From positions 1,683 through 65,682 of the forward strand of contig CACJUO010000004.1 of NCBI GenBank assembly GCA_902596675.1: a stretch of 64,000 bases of DNA, in the 5' to 3' direction. The DNA is from an uncultured Pelagibacteraceae bacterium (GTDB lineage Bacteria; Pseudomonadota; Alphaproteobacteria; Pelagibacterales; Pelagibacteraceae). A program made the translations under genes and the position numbers. Shown here piece after piece: positions 60,509 through 64,000 of the stretch (the first letter of the stretch is position 1; every line of letters starts with the position of its first letter). The notes under the pieces were generated by a model that ran no database searches, had not been told where the DNA came from, and worked only from the letters and a program-made list of their open reading frames with translations.

Positions 60509-61481
60509 TTTTTTTTTGTTCCTTTAAAAATTTTCTAATATTTTTTGCAGGATAACCCATCACTTTAGTATTTGAAGGAATATTATTAATTACCCCACTT
60601 CCCCCACCAATTTGCACATTATCTCCTATAGTTAAGTGCCCTGAAATTCCAGCTTGTCCACCAATCATTACTCTGTTACCTATTTTTGAACTACCAGCAA
60701 ATCCAACTTGCCCTGTTATTATACAGTTTTTCCCAATTTTTACATTATGAGCGATATGAACTTGGTTGTCTAAAAAAGTTCCATCACCTATTTCAGTGTT
60801 TGAAAGTGAGCCTCTATCAATAGTATTATTGCAACCTATCTCTACGTTATTTCCTATTATAACTGCACCAATATGTGGATATCTGATATTAACTTTTTTA
60901 CCTGGGAAGAATCCAAAACCTTTTTTACCAATAATTGCACCATCAAGTATATTTGTGTTATTTCCTATTAAACTATTTTTTAGTATTACATTATTTCCAA
61001 TATTACAGTTATCACCTATAACAATATTACTCTCTATAATTGTGTTATGTCCCACGTTACAATTTTTACCAATTTTAACATTTTTACCTACAAGTATATT
61101 TTTTCCAAAGTTTGATTTTGAATATTTTTTTTTATCGATACTGCTTAATTTATAATCTGGAGTGTCTTCAATTGAATCTGGATAGAATAATGATGTAATT
61201 TTTGCTACAGCCAAGAGAACATTTTCTACTTCAATTATTTTAATTCTATTGGGTACAAAATTTATTAATTTTTTATTTGTAATTATTAATTGAGATTTTG
61301 TTTTTTCAACTAATTTTTTATATTTTATTGAATTGAAGAAAGTAATATCATTTTTATTAGCTGTTTTTAATTCTTTAATATCATTTATACTAATATTTTT
61401 TTTGTATTTTTTTATTTTTAGAGAAAGAAGAATGTCATTAATTTTTATGTTATTTTTTTTTTTAAAAAAAAGATTTGACAT
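60501..61481 (-). CDS. lpxD: UDP-3-O-acylglucosamine N-acyltransferase
   Basis: GFGF, TIDRG, DNQVHIAHNV, GGQAGISGHL, GYPA. Confidence 0.95.
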   Translation of the reverse strand: MSNLFFKKKNNIKINDILLSLKIKKYKKNISINDIKELKTANKNDITFFNSIKYKKLVEKTKSQLIITNKKLINFVPNRIKIIEVENVLLAVAKITSLFYPDSIEDTPDYKLSSIDKKKYSKSNFGKNILVGKNVKIGKNCNVGHNTIIESNIVIGDNCNIGNNVILKNSLIGNNTNILDGAIIGKKGFGFFPGKKVNIRYPHIGAVIIGNNVEIGCNNTIDRGSLSNTEIGDGTFLDNQVHIAHNVKIGKNCIITGQVGFAGSSKIGNRVMIGGQAGISGHLTIGDNVQIGGGSGVINNIPSNTKVMGYPAKNIRKFLKEQKKND

Positions 61482-61994
61482 TTAAAATTTTAATTTTTCA
61501 ACACTATCATCAAGTAAAGCAATAATTTGGTCTGTAATATCAAGGTTTTTTTTACCGACGATAATATTTTTTTTTGGAATAACTATTGAAATTGAATTTA
61601 AATCAACAAATTTAGTAATAATTGGATTTAATATTTTTAAAATTTTTTTTGTGTTATCAATTTTGAATTGTTTAAGGTCATCGTAGGAAGACTGTTTATC
61701 AGATCTATACTTTTGAACTTCCTTAGTTAAAATCTTCAACTTATTTTCAAAATCTTCTTTGTTTAAAATATTTTGTTGGGCTATTAATGATTTTTCTTTA
61801 TTTTTAAGAGCATTTTCTATGTTGGTATACATATCTTTATATTCTAGTTGTTTATTTGCTATATGATCATTTAAGAATTTTCCAACCTTTGATGATTTTA
61901 ATATTAAATTTATATCAATATATGCAATTTCAGCTTTAACAGAAAAAGTTAAAAAAGTTAAAAAAATAATTATAAAGGTTGATTTTATTTTCAT
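61482..61994 (-). CDS. skp: Periplasmic chaperone Skp/OmpH
   Basis: Signal peptide from ATG 61994, IAYIDIN, coiled coil, LDITDQII; between bamA and lpxD. Confidence 0.85.
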   Translation of the reverse strand: MKIKSTFIIIFLTFLTFSVKAEIAYIDINLILKSSKVGKFLNDHIANKQLEYKDMYTNIENALKNKEKSLIAQQNILNKEDFENKLKILTKEVQKYRSDKQSSYDDLKQFKIDNTKKILKILNPIITKFVDLNSISIVIPKKNIIVGKKNLDITDQIIALLDDSVEKLKF

Positions 61995-61995
61995 T

Positions 61996-64000
61996 TTAAA
62001 AAGAAGTTCCAATTCTGAATCTAAAAGATTCAGTCTCATCAGTTGACTCTTTTGTAATTGGTATGGCATATGAAAATGATAGAGGGCCAATTATTGTAAA
62101 CCAATTTACTGATATTCCTGTTGATGACCTTATTTTGCTTGATTCTAATGAACTGTCATAGTCTACTTCTCTTAGAGTGGCTGCATCAAAAAATAAATTG
62201 AGATCTATATTCTCGTTACCACTTAAAATATTAGGAAGTGTTGAGTTTAAATTTAAAGCTGACCCAAAATTTCCTCCTACGTACTCTTCTCCATCTTTTG
62301 GTCCAATTTTTCCACTCTCAAAACCTCTAAGTCTACTACTTGGAATATATACTCTTCTTGATACTCTCACATCATCATCAATTGAATTTACTGACTTAAA
62401 GAAAAACTTACCTGATAAGATTAAATTATCAGATATTGAATTATACTTTGATAAACTAATAGTATTTTCCACTGATAAATCATCAGAATAAACAGGTAAT
62501 ACTTGATTAAAACTTATTTTATGACCATCTGTTGGTTGATAATTTTGGTCAAGTTTATTCAGTGTCAAATTATAAGAAAATAAATTTTCCAAATAGTCAC
62601 CCTCTTGCTTTCTCTTTTGTGCTGATGCTGTTGATGTAGTTTCTAATTTTTCATAATATGCAGATATATCAAGGTTAACATAAAAATCATCATACTGTTC
62701 AAAACCTGTTCCAATTCCAAAACCCGTACGTGATGTTTTAAATCCACCTGTAGTTAAAAAATCAGAAGAGGTACTCTCTATTGTAGTATTAATGGAACGG
62801 TCTGTATTTTTAAAATTTGGATTAACTACAGAAAATTTTCCTTTGACTGCATTTTCAGAAAGAGATAAATTTGAGATTAATTTAATACCTTTCCCGAGAT
62901 AGTTTTTTTCTTTTATACCAGCAGTTATTGTAGCACCTGAAGTTCCTGTGCCTGCTCCAGCAAATATTTCTCCTGTTGGAGCTTCCTCTACAATAATATC
63001 AATAATTTTTTTTTGATTATCAGATTCATCAATCTTTGTAATAGTGTCAACAGACTTAAAAATTCCTCTTGATTTTATTGCATTAATTGATTTATCAAGT
63101 AGCACTTCATTAAATGGATCTCCCTCATCTATTATAAGTGAATTTCTGATTACTTTTTCTTCAGTTATAAAGTTTCCAAATATATTAATTTGATCTACGT
63201 AAAATTGCTCTAAGTCTTTAAATTTAAAACGTATGTTGATCTTATCATTATCTACTATGGTTGGTTCGTACTCTGTATTTAAAAAAACATACTCTTTTTG
63301 TAATATAATATTATCAATCTCATCTAAAATTTTATTTATTATTTTTGATGAATACTTTTTACCTTTTAATTCTTTTATTTTTTTATCAATTTGTAAAAAA
63401 TTAGTTTTGTTAAAATTTTCAGATATTTCTATAGATATATCGTTAAAAAAAAATTTCTGACCAGCATCAATATTAAATATTAATTCAAAATACTCATTAT
63501 TAATATTTTTTGCGTAAGAGGATTTAATATTTGCATTGTAATACCCTTTTCTTTGATAATATTGTTTAAGTAAAACCTCATCTATTTTAATTTTTCTTTC
63601 ATCTAAATACTTATTTGAAGTTATAAATTTCCAAAATCTGCCTTCTTCGGACTTAATAACATTTCGAAGTTTAGACTCTTTAAATATTTTATCGCCCTGG
63701 AAGCTGATTTTCTTGATGATGGCTCTTTTATTTAAATTAAAGTCATAAATAATATCTACAGAGTTATCTTCATTATCTACAATTTTAGTATCAATTTCTG
63801 AAAAATAAAAACCTGATGCTCTAACTATATTTAAAAGAAGATTATTTTGTTCTAATATTTTACTTTTCAAGTACGGATATTTTTCACTTTTTTTGGTAAC
63901 ATCTGTGAGTTGAGTTAAAATTGACTTATTTTTTACTCCATTAATTTTAATTGATTGTATAATAGGATTTTCAATTATTGAAATCTCAATTTTTTTTTTG
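61996..64000 (-). CDS. bamA: Outer membrane assembly factor BamA, 5' end outside window
   Basis: POTRA repeats, EAPTG, NYLGKG, LRGFESG, GPLSFSYA, C-terminal F; frame stays open to the window edge. Confidence 0.95.
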   Translation of the reverse strand, partial: KKKIEISIIENPIIQSIKINGVKNKSILTQLTDVTKKSEKYPYLKSKILEQNNLLLNIVRASGFYFSEIDTKIVDNEDNSVDIIYDFNLNKRAIIKKISFQGDKIFKESKLRNVIKSEEGRFWKFITSNKYLDERKIKIDEVLLKQYYQRKGYYNANIKSSYAKNINNEYFELIFNIDAGQKFFFNDISIEISENFNKTNFLQIDKKIKELKGKKYSSKIINKILDEIDNIILQKEYVFLNTEYEPTIVDNDKINIRFKFKDLEQFYVDQINIFGNFITEEKVIRNSLIIDEGDPFNEVLLDKSINAIKSRGIFKSVDTITKIDESDNQKKIIDIIVEEAPTGEIFAGAGTGTSGATITAGIKEKNYLGKGIKLISNLSLSENAVKGKFSVVNPNFKNTDRSINTTIESTSSDFLTTGGFKTSRTGFGIGTGFEQYDDFYVNLDISAYYEKLETTSTASAQKRKQEGDYLENLFSYNLTLNKLDQNYQPTDGHKISFNQVLPVYSDDLSVENTISLSKYNSISDNLILSGKFFFKSVNSIDDDVRVSRRVYIPSSRLRGFESGKIGPKDGEEYVGGNFGSALNLNSTLPNILSGNENIDLNLFFDAATLREVDYDSSLESSKIRSSTGISVNWFTIIGPLSFSYAIPITKESTDETESFRFRIGTSF

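Noticed and set aside
2149-63460. Numerous 60-150 aa ORFs antisense to or nested in identified genes
   Set aside because: Overlap well-supported CDSs on the other strand and show no recognisable motifs

Overview
AT-rich, densely packed alphaproteobacterial chromosome segment whose gene content and order point to a streamlined SAR11/Pelagibacter-type genome (inferred, not database-checked). Left part: a Zur-controlled zinc locus (znuA with a ~100-aa His/Asp loop, COG0523 GTPase, WD40 protein, small Cys/His protein; divergent znuCB-zur). It is followed by a ~17 kb phosphate-starvation island (7.1-24.5 kb) containing an ArsR-less arsenate module (small membrane protein-arsC-aqpS-Nudix), ppx/ppk1, sixA, pstSCAB-phoU-phoB, an unknown secreted protein, phoR, the plcP/glycosyltransferase lipid-remodelling pair, a DAG kinase and a very basic small protein. 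Right part: core genes (manC, ilvD, valS, three tRNAs, aap/bzt amino-acid ABC transporter, trkAH, ntrYX, ispDF, pgpA, cinA, lipA, eno, kdsA, pyrG, secG, tpiA, trpEGDC, lexA, gltX, lpxB/I/A/D, fabZ, skp, bamA). No CRISPR, integrase or IS was seen. The best leads are regulatory: Pho-box-like 11-bp repeats in front of the arsenic operon and at the right island edge (facing no ORF), two counter-oriented genes (sixA, DAG kinase) embedded in the minus-strand Pho run suggesting excludon-type antisense control, and the uncharacterised COG0523-WD40-CxxxxC zinc module. All motif calls were made by eye.
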